From an uncultured virus (IMG/VR IMGVR_UViG_3300025894_000009) (Duplodnaviria > Heunggongvirae > Uroviricota > Caudoviricetes): a stretch of 64,000 bases of DNA. Shown piece by piece: positions 33,327-44,056 of this stretch (its first letter is position 1; every line of letters begins with the position of its first letter). The notes beneath the pieces were generated by a model. The model saw only the letters and a program-made list of their open reading frames with translations. It had not been told where the DNA came from and ran no database searches. The stretch lies in IMG/VR virus record IMGVR_UViG_3300025894_000009; one strand, given 5' to 3'. The position numbers and the translations under genes were made by a program.

Positions 33327-34694
33327 TTATCCGTTGCAATCACAACGTTTTTCTAATTCAACAATCCTGTCTTGCAATTCTTTGATGGCTTCAACTAGAA
33401 GACCAACGGTATTTCCATATCGAAGGGCCTTATAAGACTCTCCACTATCATTATCTACTTCATAGACTAAACCAGGTAATACCTGCTCGACCTCTTGGGC
33501 AATAAGACCAGTAGCTTTTTCTTCTGGCTTATCTTTGTAATTAAATGTAATACCCCTAAGTTGAGAGACTTTATCAAGGGCATTAGGAATTACTTCTATA
33601 TTTTCTTTTAAATTAATATCTGATGCAGTACCAAATGCTGTGATATCACCTTCAGCAACTATTGAACCGGCCGCGTTGTCCAGTTTAATGGTCAGATTCG
33701 TGTCATCATAAATGTTGATATCACCATAAAAATACGAATCTCTGTAGAAATTTAATCCTGCAGCGAAATCAGCGAAATAGGTAACCGAACCGGCGACCTT
33801 TCGGAAAAATCTGAGATATGGTGTACCACCCGTAAGGGCCCCAGTCATTGATGCATAGTTGCTGGTGTCGACATATGAAGGTCTAGGTGTAAATTCATAA
33901 GCTACCATATCTGCAGTCGATGAAAACCCAGCGCCATCAGATTTGACAAAATAACTTCTAGCATTCAAGCTAGAGTCAATTGTGTAATAAGAACTGAGAC
34001 CTATGCCTGTTGCAATCTCACTCATATCTGCAGCTATTGAGGTGACATCGCTTCCATCTTGTGTCAGATCAATACCAGTTCCAGCAGCAAGGGCTCCTGC
34101 AACTCTTGCATTAGTAAAGTACATAGTACCACTAGCTGTATCTGCAGATGGATCCTCAGCAATAGAGGTTGTATCCAATCCGTCTAATGTGGTAACATTT
34201 AATGTACCGATCGTAGCTTCAGTAGCTTGCAGATCCAAAGCACCAACAGTTAGCCCAGGTACTGTAAGACGACCAGCTGGGGAAAGGGCAAATTCGTTTG
34301 CTCCTCCACCGTTATTCATGATGAAATCACCATCGGTGTCTTCAATACCAACATCCCAAGATAAGGAACCTGTGGTATATCGTGATTGCGCGCCACCTGC
34401 TTGAGTAAATGTAGCAACAACTTGATTACCACCAGTTACACTTATCGGCGAATCAAACACTATAGTGTTACCGCCTGTCGTATGTCCGATAGTTGGTGCT
34501 GATATCTTAGTTGATGCAGTTAAATTGGTTGCCGCAAAATCTCCAACAAGGGTCGCGTCACCGGATGTGGTGTCTCCGCTTGCCGATGCAGTGATTGCGT
34601 CTTGCTGAAATAAGCCAACCATTTCATTGGTCTTATCTAACCAATTCTGAAATGTATTAGTCGTTGCTATGGTCGATAGCGATGGTTTAGCCAT
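33327..34694 (-). CDS. Tail fibre protein with C-terminal intramolecular chaperone (Peptidase S74-like)
   Basis: N-terminus TNTFQNWLDKTNE. C-terminus GDITAFGTASDINLKENIEVIPNALDKVSQLRGITF..GLIAQEVEQVLP..YGNTVGLLVEAIKEL. Confidence 0.8.
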   Translation of the reverse strand: MAKPSLSTIATTNTFQNWLDKTNEMVGLFQQDAITASASGDTTSGDATLVGDFAATNLTASTKISAPTIGHTTGGNTIVFDSPISVTGGNQVVATFTQAGGAQSRYTTGSLSWDVGIEDTDGDFIMNNGGGANEFALSPAGRLTVPGLTVGALDLQATEATIGTLNVTTLDGLDTTSIAEDPSADTASGTMYFTNARVAGALAAGTGIDLTQDGSDVTSIAADMSEIATGIGLSSYYTIDSSLNARSYFVKSDGAGFSSTADMVAYEFTPRPSYVDTSNYASMTGALTGGTPYLRFFRKVAGSVTYFADFAAGLNFYRDSYFYGDINIYDDTNLTIKLDNAAGSIVAEGDITAFGTASDINLKENIEVIPNALDKVSQLRGITFNYKDKPEEKATGLIAQEVEQVLPGLVYEVDNDSGESYKALRYGNTVGLLVEAIKELQDRIVELEKRCDCNG

Positions 34695-34887
34695 TGTCGG
34701 TGCCCATTTCTAGTTGTTCTATTCTAGCGGAGATGTTAATCAACGTCTGTTTAATTTCTGTAACATCAGAGTGTAACTTATCTATCTTTCTATAATAGAG
34801 TCGTTCTACCTTATATTTATTTAAGGCTTCTCTATCGTTATTAAGAACAGCCTTGCCTGTTACGTCTCTGGTCATATTAATTGTCAT
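34687..34887 (-). CDS. Small conserved coiled-coil protein downstream of VrlC
   Basis: RDVTGKAVLNND motif plus heptad C-terminus. Overlaps both neighbours, suggesting translational coupling. Usual position in T4-like marine phages. Confidence 0.6.
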   Translation of the reverse strand: MTINMTRDVTGKAVLNNDREALNKYKVERLYYRKIDKLHSDVTEIKQTLINISARIEQLEMGTDNG

Positions 34888-37800
34888 GTGAGTGCTATAG
34901 CCCTATAATCTTTTACAAACGGAACCGAACCTTTTCTATCTGATGTGAGAGAAATTTTTATAGACCATCTCCTAAACCCATCAAACGTACCATCGGGCGA
35001 GGTATATCGATATACATCACTACTCCCTCCGGTCAATGCGCTAGCAGGTAATTTATATGTCCATTCTCTGAAATCGTTCATATTACCAGTCGATGAGTAT
35101 AGATCTGCGCCTTCTGAAATATCCATTTCGACCCAAGGGACATCAGTAAATGTAGATGTATCAGAAGCACTTTGGCCTCTGAAATATACTGCAATATTTG
35201 TGCCATTAGGTCTGTACCCTGTGAGGTTTACTTGGAAATCTTCGGCATCAAAATCATCATTTAATTCAAATGATTTTGAAATATATTTAGAAGAAGTCTC
35301 AGCAGTATCAGTCACATTAAATGTGGTTGCCATCAATTTAGAAACCTCAACATCTACAATAGGAGTAGAGGTTTGGTTACCGCTGTTTTGCATATTTACT
35401 GTCAATTCGAATTTGTTGCTCTTTGCTGGATCATTCGAATGACTGTATAGTAAACATCCCCGTTGATTAAAATGATTGAGATCATTGAAACGAACCGGAG
35501 CTGAATAAGACACAGAGGTGTTTAATGGATCCACGAAAGCACCAGTGACAGTCATCTTAGTCACACTATCATTTGCTCTAGCAATGAATGGAGTGAAGAA
35601 GCTTAATTCGATATTATCAATCGATGAAATAGTAGCATTAGAACCTGAAGATCTGCCGTAAATGATACCAGCAACATCTAGTGTTCTTCCTGACGTGGCA
35701 CTACTAGCCTCTAGATATATTTGAGAAGAATTTCTGATGTCATAATAACACAGATTTCCTACGATGAGAGGATTCGCTGTGGCGTTTGAATATGCTTGAC
35801 CAGCAGCATGGTCTACAGTAAGTTCTGTGGATGAATCTACAGATACAACCCTAAAGATATCTAATACTGCGCCAATACCAATTCCGATATAATCACCAGC
35901 AACGTACGTATCATCAAGTGAAGAACCAGATACAGTAGTGCTACCCAATCCGATGCTTACCTGAGCACCCGTACCACCTTGTGTAGGCTTGATTTGGTAA
36001 ATCGTTTCACCTTTTATGAAAGCCCCATTGATATTTTCGACGGTTAAGAATTCATGGTTGTTATTAGTCAGTACAACAGTACCAGTAGACTGATCGAAAT
36101 TATTACGATAGAGTGTAAACTTAATGTCCTCATCTTGATAAGACTTCCAAGCTCGGTTGTTTGTGGAGGTGAATAGGATTCCATCACCCCAATCCTGAAC
36201 GACCGACTGGCCTTGTGTAGCACCCGGTGACAGATCACTACCACCTACCTTGGATGTGAATATCAGATAGTTAGGATCATTTGCGTCAGGCATTACAACC
36301 ACACAGTATTCTTTTTCTGTGTCCAATCGAACCGGAGCTTCGAAGATTACGGCAGTTGTTGCCGAGGCATCATCGGATACGGTCACTTGATTTGGTGTCA
36401 AATGAATTTCAGAAAAGGGTAAAATTTCTGGTGCAGGATAACCATTAGATACTTCACGAAGCATCACGGTAACACCATTTGTCGAGCTCTTCCTCTTAAA
36501 ATATAAATCTATTTTCGAAACATAAACAGAATCAGAACCTTTACCCATTGCACCCTTGATAAAGAACGTTTGCGCAAGGGGGTCGCCTCTTCTGAAAACT
36601 GGGAATACAGGTCGAGGTGGTGGTGCAGGTCTGCTTGGCAAGTTTCGTGTGGTGGTAGTTTCCAACACTTCAAACTCTGGCGTTCTCGTAGTAGTTGTTG
36701 CAGTGACAGCAGATTTTTCTACAGAGAAATTATATGCACGATAGGTTACAAACCCACCAGATGTTCCAGCAGATTCTATTGATGAGTATTGATCAACATC
36801 AGCGATTTCTAAGACGCGATCTCCAACAAAGAATGTTGCAGCAGGAAGTTGGAATGTTGCTCTAAGAATACCATTCGCATCAGTAGATACGGCATCTCCA
36901 GCCGAACCAGTTCCTCTAACATCATCTGCACTAAATGCATCAGTAGATCCGGGCTTGATATATTGATCAACATTCACCTTATCGAAATAGAAATAATGTC
37001 TCGTGTTTGGTCTGAGACCTACCATGAAGATTCGAATCTCTCTGGCAGCCATATAAGGTAAAAATTCTGTATTCGTGATGAAATCGCCGATATACTGATC
37101 CGTAGATGTTACGGTTTCTCCAACAAGCTCTAATGATGCCGTAGTTGTAGTTTCAACTCCACCACCAGTGATCGAATTGACTCCAGATGTCTGTACATCT
37201 GTATCAGTCAAAGGTTGGAATTGTTGTATATTGTCGATGATTTCTTCTGTTGGGAAAGCAACGTCTATATCAATCTGTACTGGATTAACAGTCGTGTCAT
37301 ACGTAGCATCATAAGGAGGTGATATCTGACCACGACCAGCAAAGTTATAGAAATTACTTACACAATTTCTGAATTCGGTAGCAAAAGGTTGCGTTAAGAT
37401 TGGAAGATCTGTATTCTTGGATAAAGTAACAACCTTAGTCTTAGTAGGGCTTGGATATCTTTGCGTATTAGATCCATTTGCATAAATCAGATCAATCGGA
37501 AATTCTTTTACGGAAGGTGTCAGTATTTTTTGATTGAATCTTATAGCCGCATTGAACTCTGGATTTTTAATATCAGCAATACCCAAATCGTTCATTGGAT
37601 CTGCAATGAATCCATTTTTAAAGCGCGTCAGGCCATTAGCATCTCGAACTGTAAGATTAGCAGCAGATGATTCTAATTGACTTAGAGAAATATAATAAGC
37701 CATGTTTTCGATCTTCTTCTCTAAAGAATGCAGATCTTTCATGGTGTAATTTGTTACACCAGTTTGTTTTGCTTTTACAGCATAATTTCTCTTACCTAGA

Positions 37801-40322
37801 GCTACTGCCTCTGTCGGTGTAAGTGCAGGGACGCCTGGAATTGTTACCTCACCAATCAATAATTGATCGCCACTGATTTTTGGTGGCTTGGCATATCTTT
37901 CTTCTTCACCTTGGATCAGTTGTGTAATACCATAAGAATCAATAACAAGAGCATCTACCCTAGACAGATAGTGTTCTATATCACTAAAACCAGCCTTCTT
38001 GTAAGAAGGTACTATAGGCAATACACCACTATAATCGCCTCCGATTGTTGGGGTATTAGAACCAACATCATCATTGAATACTGTAGCAGCTGCTGCGTTA
38101 GCAACACTAAATGCTACACTTGGTGATTTGTCAAGATATGGTCTGAAATCAAAGCAATCTCTGAGGCTATATTTCTTACCACTGGATGCAGTAAAGCCTG
38201 GGATTTCATTTGCGTCTAAACTTAAAGGATAACTATTAATAGTGAAGAAATATTCACCAGTACCTGTATTGATTTGGAATACCTTGAACTGTACGCTCAT
38301 GACACCATTTACTGGCTTCTGTCGACCGTCGATGTATTCGATATAAGACCAATCATAATATCGATCTTTCTGATTTGTTACTAATCTAAAGCTATCAGTA
38401 TAGTCATCGCCATTCTGATCTAAGATCTGAACGATTTCGTATACATCAGGAATACCTAAGCTATATTTTCTTTTTGACGAAACATATGTTGTTCTGATAA
38501 AGGTGTCATTACTTGTCTTTGCATAAGGCCCACTGGAACTTAAATTCCGGAGCTTATTATAAAACATGACTCCACTTCCTGAACCAGCACTTGACAAAGT
38601 AACAGTCAGTATATCGCCGTCTATATTTGTACTAACACCTGTTACTGTCAATGCATTATTGGTTCCTGTATCTAGTACCAACACATCCTCGATTGAGTTC
38701 ACACCAGCGAAATTATCATTCCCTGCTGCATTTATAATAACCTGTGTTCCAGTACCACCGTTGGTTGTTACTGACAGTCTATCACGAACTGGAATGGTCG
38801 TGCCAGTAGTTTCTTTAGAGCTGAATAGTCCAGAATCGAATACCAATTCTGAGTGCTTATGTTCTTGTGGTTGAAAACCAAATGTCCCGTCAATATCGAG
38901 TTGACCAACACCTGTCATGAATATATTATCGACATCTGTAGCAGCACCAGACGTGATTTCAATACCAGTTAAAAATACCTTACCGGGCAATACTGCATGA
39001 ATGTATGCTGTGCCTATATTAACGTCTGAGGAGTTTCTAAGATCCACAACAGTGGTCAGAGGAGCAGGAGGAGTACCAGCAAAGGTACACTTATACCACC
39101 CACCGTAATTATAAGAAATTGGTTGATTCTCTAAAATGTCTGTGCCGCCGATATCTTCGATAATGTAAGAAGACTCGCCTTTATTTTCTACACGATAGCC
39201 TTTTACATAACCAATACCAGTTCCTACAGTTACCCTGAGATCGGTGATTGCAGTATTTGCAGTATTTTCTTTTCTTTCAGTTTTTAAATCAAACTTACTT
39301 AGAATGTAATTACCAGACTCTTCGTATGTCCGACGAGCCATTTCTTCACCAATCACATTATATTGTGATATGTCTCGTAATGTTACTGCGTTACCATCTA
39401 GATAACGAACAAGAGAGAAGAAAGAAGCATCGGCCTCTGCAATAACAGAGTCTAGCGAAACAAGTTCTGGGATTAATTTGAGTCGATCAGCACCCGGCGC
39501 ATTCGCATTGGCAGAGCCATTAGCATTATCATATAATGAATTATCTTGTCGAGCATTTGTTAAACGCTCTCTGATTCGATAACCAACATTTTTCAGATCG
39601 GGCAAATCAGAATATTTTTCTACGATAAGAGTCTGTGGAGACGCAAAGAGGAAATGCCCTTTTTGGAAAATGATACCAGGTGCAGCTTCAATACCAAAAG
39701 AACTACCAACTGCAGGAGTCAATGATCCATCATATGCACCGATTAAATCGACTGCCACTGGTCCAGTGATTGGATTTGTTTCAATGCCTTGCAATTCACC
39801 CACGATATATTCGTATCGATAGATTGTGAGAGGTTCACCAGGTATGAATTGACCATTTACTGAGTCTTCGGTTTCATTTAAATAACGGATGAAAAATGTA
39901 TTGAGATCTGGTGGTCTAGATGTAACACCGATAGAAGCAGAAATGATCTGTGCTTTCAAGCCGGATCCATTTTGTCCCAAACCTTCTACTTCGAAGACGA
40001 CATCAATTTCTCTTTCTGACCCATTAATTAGCTTTGTTTCTCTGCGAGGAATATATGCACTGGCATCGAAATCTGTCTTATCAACCAATTTCACAAATTG
40101 AAGTGAATTGATCCGAGTAAAGTTACAGCCTTTAACTATGCTACCTTCTTTGAAGATATTATCACCGAATTGCTCAACCTGGTTTTGAAGCATTGTTTGC
40201 AGCTGAGTCAATTCTCTAGCCTGTACTGCATACCCCGGCTTAAACAAAACCCGATAATATTGGTTTTCTAGGTCGTAATCATCAAAATACGGGGCAGTAT
40301 TTAGATTGGTATTAATAGGCAT
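34884..40322 (-). CDS. vrlC: VrlC-like / DUF4815 baseplate-associated structural protein (1812 aa)
   Basis: N-terminus NLNTAPYFDDYD..YYRVLFKPGYAVQARELTQLQTMLQNQVEQFG, plus ARRTYEESGNY, RFKNGFIADP and DPLAQTF motifs. Confidence 0.85.
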   Translation of the reverse strand: MPINTNLNTAPYFDDYDLENQYYRVLFKPGYAVQARELTQLQTMLQNQVEQFGDNIFKEGSIVKGCNFTRINSLQFVKLVDKTDFDASAYIPRRETKLINGSEREIDVVFEVEGLGQNGSGLKAQIISASIGVTSRPPDLNTFFIRYLNETEDSVNGQFIPGEPLTIYRYEYIVGELQGIETNPITGPVAVDLIGAYDGSLTPAVGSSFGIEAAPGIIFQKGHFLFASPQTLIVEKYSDLPDLKNVGYRIRERLTNARQDNSLYDNANGSANANAPGADRLKLIPELVSLDSVIAEADASFFSLVRYLDGNAVTLRDISQYNVIGEEMARRTYEESGNYILSKFDLKTERKENTANTAITDLRVTVGTGIGYVKGYRVENKGESSYIIEDIGGTDILENQPISYNYGGWYKCTFAGTPPAPLTTVVDLRNSSDVNIGTAYIHAVLPGKVFLTGIEITSGAATDVDNIFMTGVGQLDIDGTFGFQPQEHKHSELVFDSGLFSSKETTGTTIPVRDRLSVTTNGGTGTQVIINAAGNDNFAGVNSIEDVLVLDTGTNNALTVTGVSTNIDGDILTVTLSSAGSGSGVMFYNKLRNLSSSGPYAKTSNDTFIRTTYVSSKRKYSLGIPDVYEIVQILDQNGDDYTDSFRLVTNQKDRYYDWSYIEYIDGRQKPVNGVMSVQFKVFQINTGTGEYFFTINSYPLSLDANEIPGFTASSGKKYSLRDCFDFRPYLDKSPSVAFSVANAAAATVFNDDVGSNTPTIGGDYSGVLPIVPSYKKAGFSDIEHYLSRVDALVIDSYGITQLIQGEEERYAKPPKISGDQLLIGEVTIPGVPALTPTEAVALGKRNYAVKAKQTGVTNYTMKDLHSLEKKIENMAYYISLSQLESSAANLTVRDANGLTRFKNGFIADPMNDLGIADIKNPEFNAAIRFNQKILTPSVKEFPIDLIYANGSNTQRYPSPTKTKVVTLSKNTDLPILTQPFATEFRNCVSNFYNFAGRGQISPPYDATYDTTVNPVQIDIDVAFPTEEIIDNIQQFQPLTDTDVQTSGVNSITGGGVETTTTASLELVGETVTSTDQYIGDFITNTEFLPYMAAREIRIFMVGLRPNTRHYFYFDKVNVDQYIKPGSTDAFSADDVRGTGSAGDAVSTDANGILRATFQLPAATFFVGDRVLEIADVDQYSSIESAGTSGGFVTYRAYNFSVEKSAVTATTTTRTPEFEVLETTTTRNLPSRPAPPPRPVFPVFRRGDPLAQTFFIKGAMGKGSDSVYVSKIDLYFKRKSSTNGVTVMLREVSNGYPAPEILPFSEIHLTPNQVTVSDDASATTAVIFEAPVRLDTEKEYCVVVMPDANDPNYLIFTSKVGGSDLSPGATQGQSVVQDWGDGILFTSTNNRAWKSYQDEDIKFTLYRNNFDQSTGTVVLTNNNHEFLTVENINGAFIKGETIYQIKPTQGGTGAQVSIGLGSTTVSGSSLDDTYVAGDYIGIGIGAVLDIFRVVSVDSSTELTVDHAAGQAYSNATANPLIVGNLCYYDIRNSSQIYLEASSATSGRTLDVAGIIYGRSSGSNATISSIDNIELSFFTPFIARANDSVTKMTVTGAFVDPLNTSVSYSAPVRFNDLNHFNQRGCLLYSHSNDPAKSNKFELTVNMQNSGNQTSTPIVDVEVSKLMATTFNVTDTAETSSKYISKSFELNDDFDAEDFQVNLTGYRPNGTNIAVYFRGQSASDTSTFTDVPWVEMDISEGADLYSSTGNMNDFREWTYKLPASALTGGSSDVYRYTSPDGTFDGFRRWSIKISLTSDRKGSVPFVKDYRAIALT

Positions 40323-40334
40323 TTAGCTGATCCT

Positions 40335-41978
40335 TTAAAATTCTAAGACGATCTTAAATTCTTCTCTTGATAAGTCGTTTCGTTCGAGTGGGAAAAAATC
40401 TTCCATGTAATAAACTTCACCTGTTCTTTGTATATATTCAGAAAAGACAACATTGTTAGCAACAGGAGTGGTAATTTGGATAAGTGTTCCTGCTGAATTC
40501 CTTAATGGCAAGTTTAAATCGAAAGAGGTATCACCAAACCCTGAACTAGCATTGCTTGGATAGCGTCCAGTATATTCAGCAATATAAACTGTATTCGATG
40601 TCAAGTCCAATTCATGTATCTTGCCTTCGAATATGGTTTCATTTTCTTGATTAACTTGTGTTATGATACCATTTGCAGCAAGATATGGAATATCATCTGT
40701 TACTACGGAGATTCTATTATCAAATATATCATACGTGAGTTCAGTATTTGCAAAGCTTGGGGATTTAATAATTCCCACACCGTTATATGTATTTGTAGCA
40801 CCAATTTGACTATTATCATCTCCTGTGATATAACCATATAACAAAAAGTGCTTACATTTTAATTCATCGAGTAGATTATAGCCATGATCACCACTTGGTG
40901 ACAAGATAGGCCTGATATCAGCACGAATATCAATTGTCGTAGTATCTTCGGGATCGAAATCATAAAGAGGATCTACAACAGTCGCGATAGCGTTATTATA
41001 TCCAGAACCTTGTTCTAATACCTGAATACTATCAATTCTGCCTTCGATGATTGTAGGTATTGCAACTGCACCGGTACCATCACCTTGAATCAAAATGGTA
41101 GGTGCAATTGTGATATTAGCATTACCACCAATTGCATCGCCAGAACCAGATGGGTCTCCATCGACAAAGAATATGCCTCTAAGGAAAGCCTCGTCCCATT
41201 CATATCCGATAATTCTATATGTGAATGTTTGCCCAGGAGCTTGAACCTGTTTTGCCTTAAGTGTTTGACCTATGAAATAACCATCACGGTGATATGCAAT
41301 ATTTTCTCTAAGGACATCCGATGTAACTTGAATCTCTCCAGTCGACAGCGGACTGCCTGCAGCAGTTGCAGGAACCTCTACATAACCAAAATTAATTTCT
41401 CTATTCTCAACGGCTATATCACTGACCGTCGATTTAATCGTGGTATTGGCAACAGGATCTATTTCGAAATCACCTACGATTGGAATATATCCTAACGCAT
41501 TATATGCTTCGAATTCAATTAAAGAAATGGCATATAAGTGTTTCCAAACATAACCATCAGCAGTACGATAGATCTGACCTTCTACTGTCTCTTCGAAATT
41601 TGGTGGAGATGATACTGGCCCACCATAGTTATTGAACAAACATTTATATACTCGATAATCGCCTGTGTCATTATTTGTTGGACCTACAACAGCATAGAAT
41701 CTCTCGTCTTCAAGATCTGCAGCATCATCGTATCTGATATAAACATCTCCGTTATTCCACGGGATATACTTCACCATAAATTTAGTATCTTCGGGTCGGA
41801 TTCTTTTACCAAATAAAGTTTTGGCCAAGAATTCATTACCTGAAGATAGCGAATTTACAGGATTGATGCTGTAGCGTTCAATACCTGATACAAATACATA
41901 AATGCTTGCATTGACGATATCATCATACATCAACCTAACAGCATCTGTTTTGTATTTTGTTGTTAATACTTCTGCCAT
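40335..41978 (-). CDS. gp8: Baseplate wedge subunit gp8
   Basis: YRVYKCLFNN..TADGYVWKHLY motif. C-terminus GEVYYMEDFFPLERNDLSREEFKIVLEF. Confidence 0.85.
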   Translation of the reverse strand: MAEVLTTKYKTDAVRLMYDDIVNASIYVFVSGIERYSINPVNSLSSGNEFLAKTLFGKRIRPEDTKFMVKYIPWNNGDVYIRYDDAADLEDERFYAVVGPTNNDTGDYRVYKCLFNNYGGPVSSPPNFEETVEGQIYRTADGYVWKHLYAISLIEFEAYNALGYIPIVGDFEIDPVANTTIKSTVSDIAVENREINFGYVEVPATAAGSPLSTGEIQVTSDVLRENIAYHRDGYFIGQTLKAKQVQAPGQTFTYRIIGYEWDEAFLRGIFFVDGDPSGSGDAIGGNANITIAPTILIQGDGTGAVAIPTIIEGRIDSIQVLEQGSGYNNAIATVVDPLYDFDPEDTTTIDIRADIRPILSPSGDHGYNLLDELKCKHFLLYGYITGDDNSQIGATNTYNGVGIIKSPSFANTELTYDIFDNRISVVTDDIPYLAANGIITQVNQENETIFEGKIHELDLTSNTVYIAEYTGRYPSNASSGFGDTSFDLNLPLRNSAGTLIQITTPVANNVVFSEYIQRTGEVYYMEDFFPLERNDLSREEFKIVLEF

Positions 41979-42003
41979 TTGAAATCCACTATTATCTTTA
42001 GTC

Positions 42004-42011
42004 TATTTATG
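42004..42011 (-). promoter_or_regulatory. Late promoter variant CATAAATA
   Basis: Overlaps the stop of the S8 gene, about 25 nt upstream of the gp8 ATG. Confidence 0.55.
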
Positions 42012-44055
42012 ACCCGAGTCGGATCTTTCTTCTGGGGTATGTCTGGCCTGTTGTTGGTCGGGCCTGATATACATTAGTTCGAACTGGTTCACTAGAAAAT
42101 TCAGGCACCACCCTATAACGCCACGGGAGAGCAAATCTTTTTTTAATAAGAGAAGCATAATAGGCCTGACTTGTGTTACAAAATATAAAATCCTCACCAG
42201 GGTTGCTATTGGCACCACCAGGCGATGCCCTTACGCGATCGACGCGGGTAGCGACGTTGGCTAGACTAAGTCCTGAGTTACTTTCTAGTTGATTACTGAT
42301 TGCCGTCTGCAAGGTACCGGCACTACCAGCAGATGACCAATCATAAGGTTGGCCCGTACCGGAAAAGATAGGTTCAACGAGTGTATTATAATCTACAGAA
42401 TCCTGTGCTTCTTTTATGAGATTTCTAAGCTCTGCTATTGTTGGCCATCTGCCCCTTTTATTGTAAAAATATTCTATTAGTAAAGCAGAACCTCCAGCAA
42501 CACTTGGCGCTGCGCAACTGGTGCCACTGTACAAACTCCATGAATATCCATTTACATCGGATTCTGCATAGCCATATAGTGGTGTCGAATTGTATACGCG
42601 TGTCGAATGAGCTGTTGTGGTGATAAGATGGCCAGTGCTGGAACTTTCGGTAAATGTTTTGTGAAGGCCTGAATTCATCGCGCCGCCTACCTGTATTGCT
42701 GTTTCGTGGTTCCAACCATCTCGATTCGGATAAAATGCGCTACTAGTTGCTCGATTTTCTACTGAAAGGTCTTCATTGTGATAACCGGAGGCTCCGAGCC
42801 ATGAAATAGAATATATGTCTCCAGCTTCTGTAAATACCTGATTATTCCATTGCGGCTGCGAGTCGTCTGCTCTGACTGCGTTTGGTGCATTGCCCGCTGC
42901 AAAGAAGTTGTATATACCATCATAATCATTTAATTGATCCCAAGCCTCATCGTATGAAAGCGATTGTCGTGTTTTCTGGCCTACTTTTATACACCAAGTA
43001 TAATTACCCGGACTATTAGGATTTTCAACCTGCCACAGTGTAAAACCTCCATTGTGGAATTCTGTGAAGTCATTGGCCCAACCGCCGCCGGGCCTATTCA
43101 CTGTTGTTTGATTGTTGTCTGCATCATACCAGACAAATTGTGTAACTAGATCAACCGGAACATAGTATTGAAATTCGTCGCTGGAAAGATATCCCCAAGA
43201 ATTATTGATAATAGTGGCATTTCTTCTTCCAGTATTCGAATTGACTGGTTTGGTAAGGTGCCAAGCTATTGCAGCGTTGATTGAAGCGACTGTGCCTGAA
43301 ACACCACTACCAAGATAAAGTAATCGGCATTCAGAATTTTTTGCCCAACCAGTATAAGTTCCTGCTGCAGCCATAGCAGAAGAAACAGCATGTTCATGAA
43401 CATACCATGTATTAGATATCTGATTATTATCTGCAGATGTCAATGACCCATCATAATTGGACCAATCCATTGGAATAATTTTGAAACTACTATCACTTGG
43501 TTTCAAAAAATTAGGATGAGTGTTGAGAGATGAAATCAGTGTATTATTATCATTGCCAGCGGGTTCGAGAATTACCAAATCAACAGTAGAGCCATCAAAA
43601 CTTTGTTTTACACTAACATTTGAGGTTGCGATACCGTCTTCCTGATCTCCACCAGCCAGAGCTCCACTGAAAAATACTCCAACCGTTTGGCCCGATGCAG
43701 TGACTGTTGACGTATCTATTCCTGCAGAATTGACTATAAAACTAGAAATATAATCAGTACCATCTACCGTATTCCAGTTAGTTTGTTGATCTACGGTTGG
43801 CTTCTTTGATTGATTAATTTCATTATAACCGTGGACTGCTACTTGCCTCTCTTCTCTAAAAATATAATCGGTTTGTTGCACCCGAGGATCTGCATCTAAA
43901 ACTGCGACTTCGTCTTCTGTCAAGTCGATAAGAAGACAACGAGGTATATATTGCAATGTGCTAGCAATATCATAAGAAGAACTAATTTCTGCAATAAAGG
44001 CGTCTTTATCAACACCTTCTGCCAGATATACCTCATGTCTTAGCTTATCAGCCAT
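42007..44055 (-). CDS. Subtilisin-like (S8) serine protease with I9-like propeptide
   Basis: HAVSSAMAAAG (His motif), IINNSWG, FFAAGN (oxyanion Asn) and SGTSCAAPSVAG (Ser motif). N-terminal LTEDEVAVLDADPRV resembles a prodomain. Confidence 0.8.
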   Translation of the reverse strand: MADKLRHEVYLAEGVDKDAFIAEISSSYDIASTLQYIPRCLLIDLTEDEVAVLDADPRVQQTDYIFREERQVAVHGYNEINQSKKPTVDQQTNWNTVDGTDYISSFIVNSAGIDTSTVTASGQTVGVFFSGALAGGDQEDGIATSNVSVKQSFDGSTVDLVILEPAGNDNNTLISSLNTHPNFLKPSDSSFKIIPMDWSNYDGSLTSADNNQISNTWYVHEHAVSSAMAAAGTYTGWAKNSECRLLYLGSGVSGTVASINAAIAWHLTKPVNSNTGRRNATIINNSWGYLSSDEFQYYVPVDLVTQFVWYDADNNQTTVNRPGGGWANDFTEFHNGGFTLWQVENPNSPGNYTWCIKVGQKTRQSLSYDEAWDQLNDYDGIYNFFAAGNAPNAVRADDSQPQWNNQVFTEAGDIYSISWLGASGYHNEDLSVENRATSSAFYPNRDGWNHETAIQVGGAMNSGLHKTFTESSSTGHLITTTAHSTRVYNSTPLYGYAESDVNGYSWSLYSGTSCAAPSVAGGSALLIEYFYNKRGRWPTIAELRNLIKEAQDSVDYNTLVEPIFSGTGQPYDWSSAGSAGTLQTAISNQLESNSGLSLANVATRVDRVRASPGGANSNPGEDFIFCNTSQAYYASLIKKRFALPWRYRVVPEFSSEPVRTNVYQARPTTGQTYPRRKIRLGS

Positions 44056-44056
44056 A

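Noticed and set aside
1..34694. Diversity-generating retroelement or shufflon acting on the fibres
   Set aside because: I found no reverse transcriptase, recombinase, TR/VR pair with adenine-specific differences, or inverted cassettes in the window.
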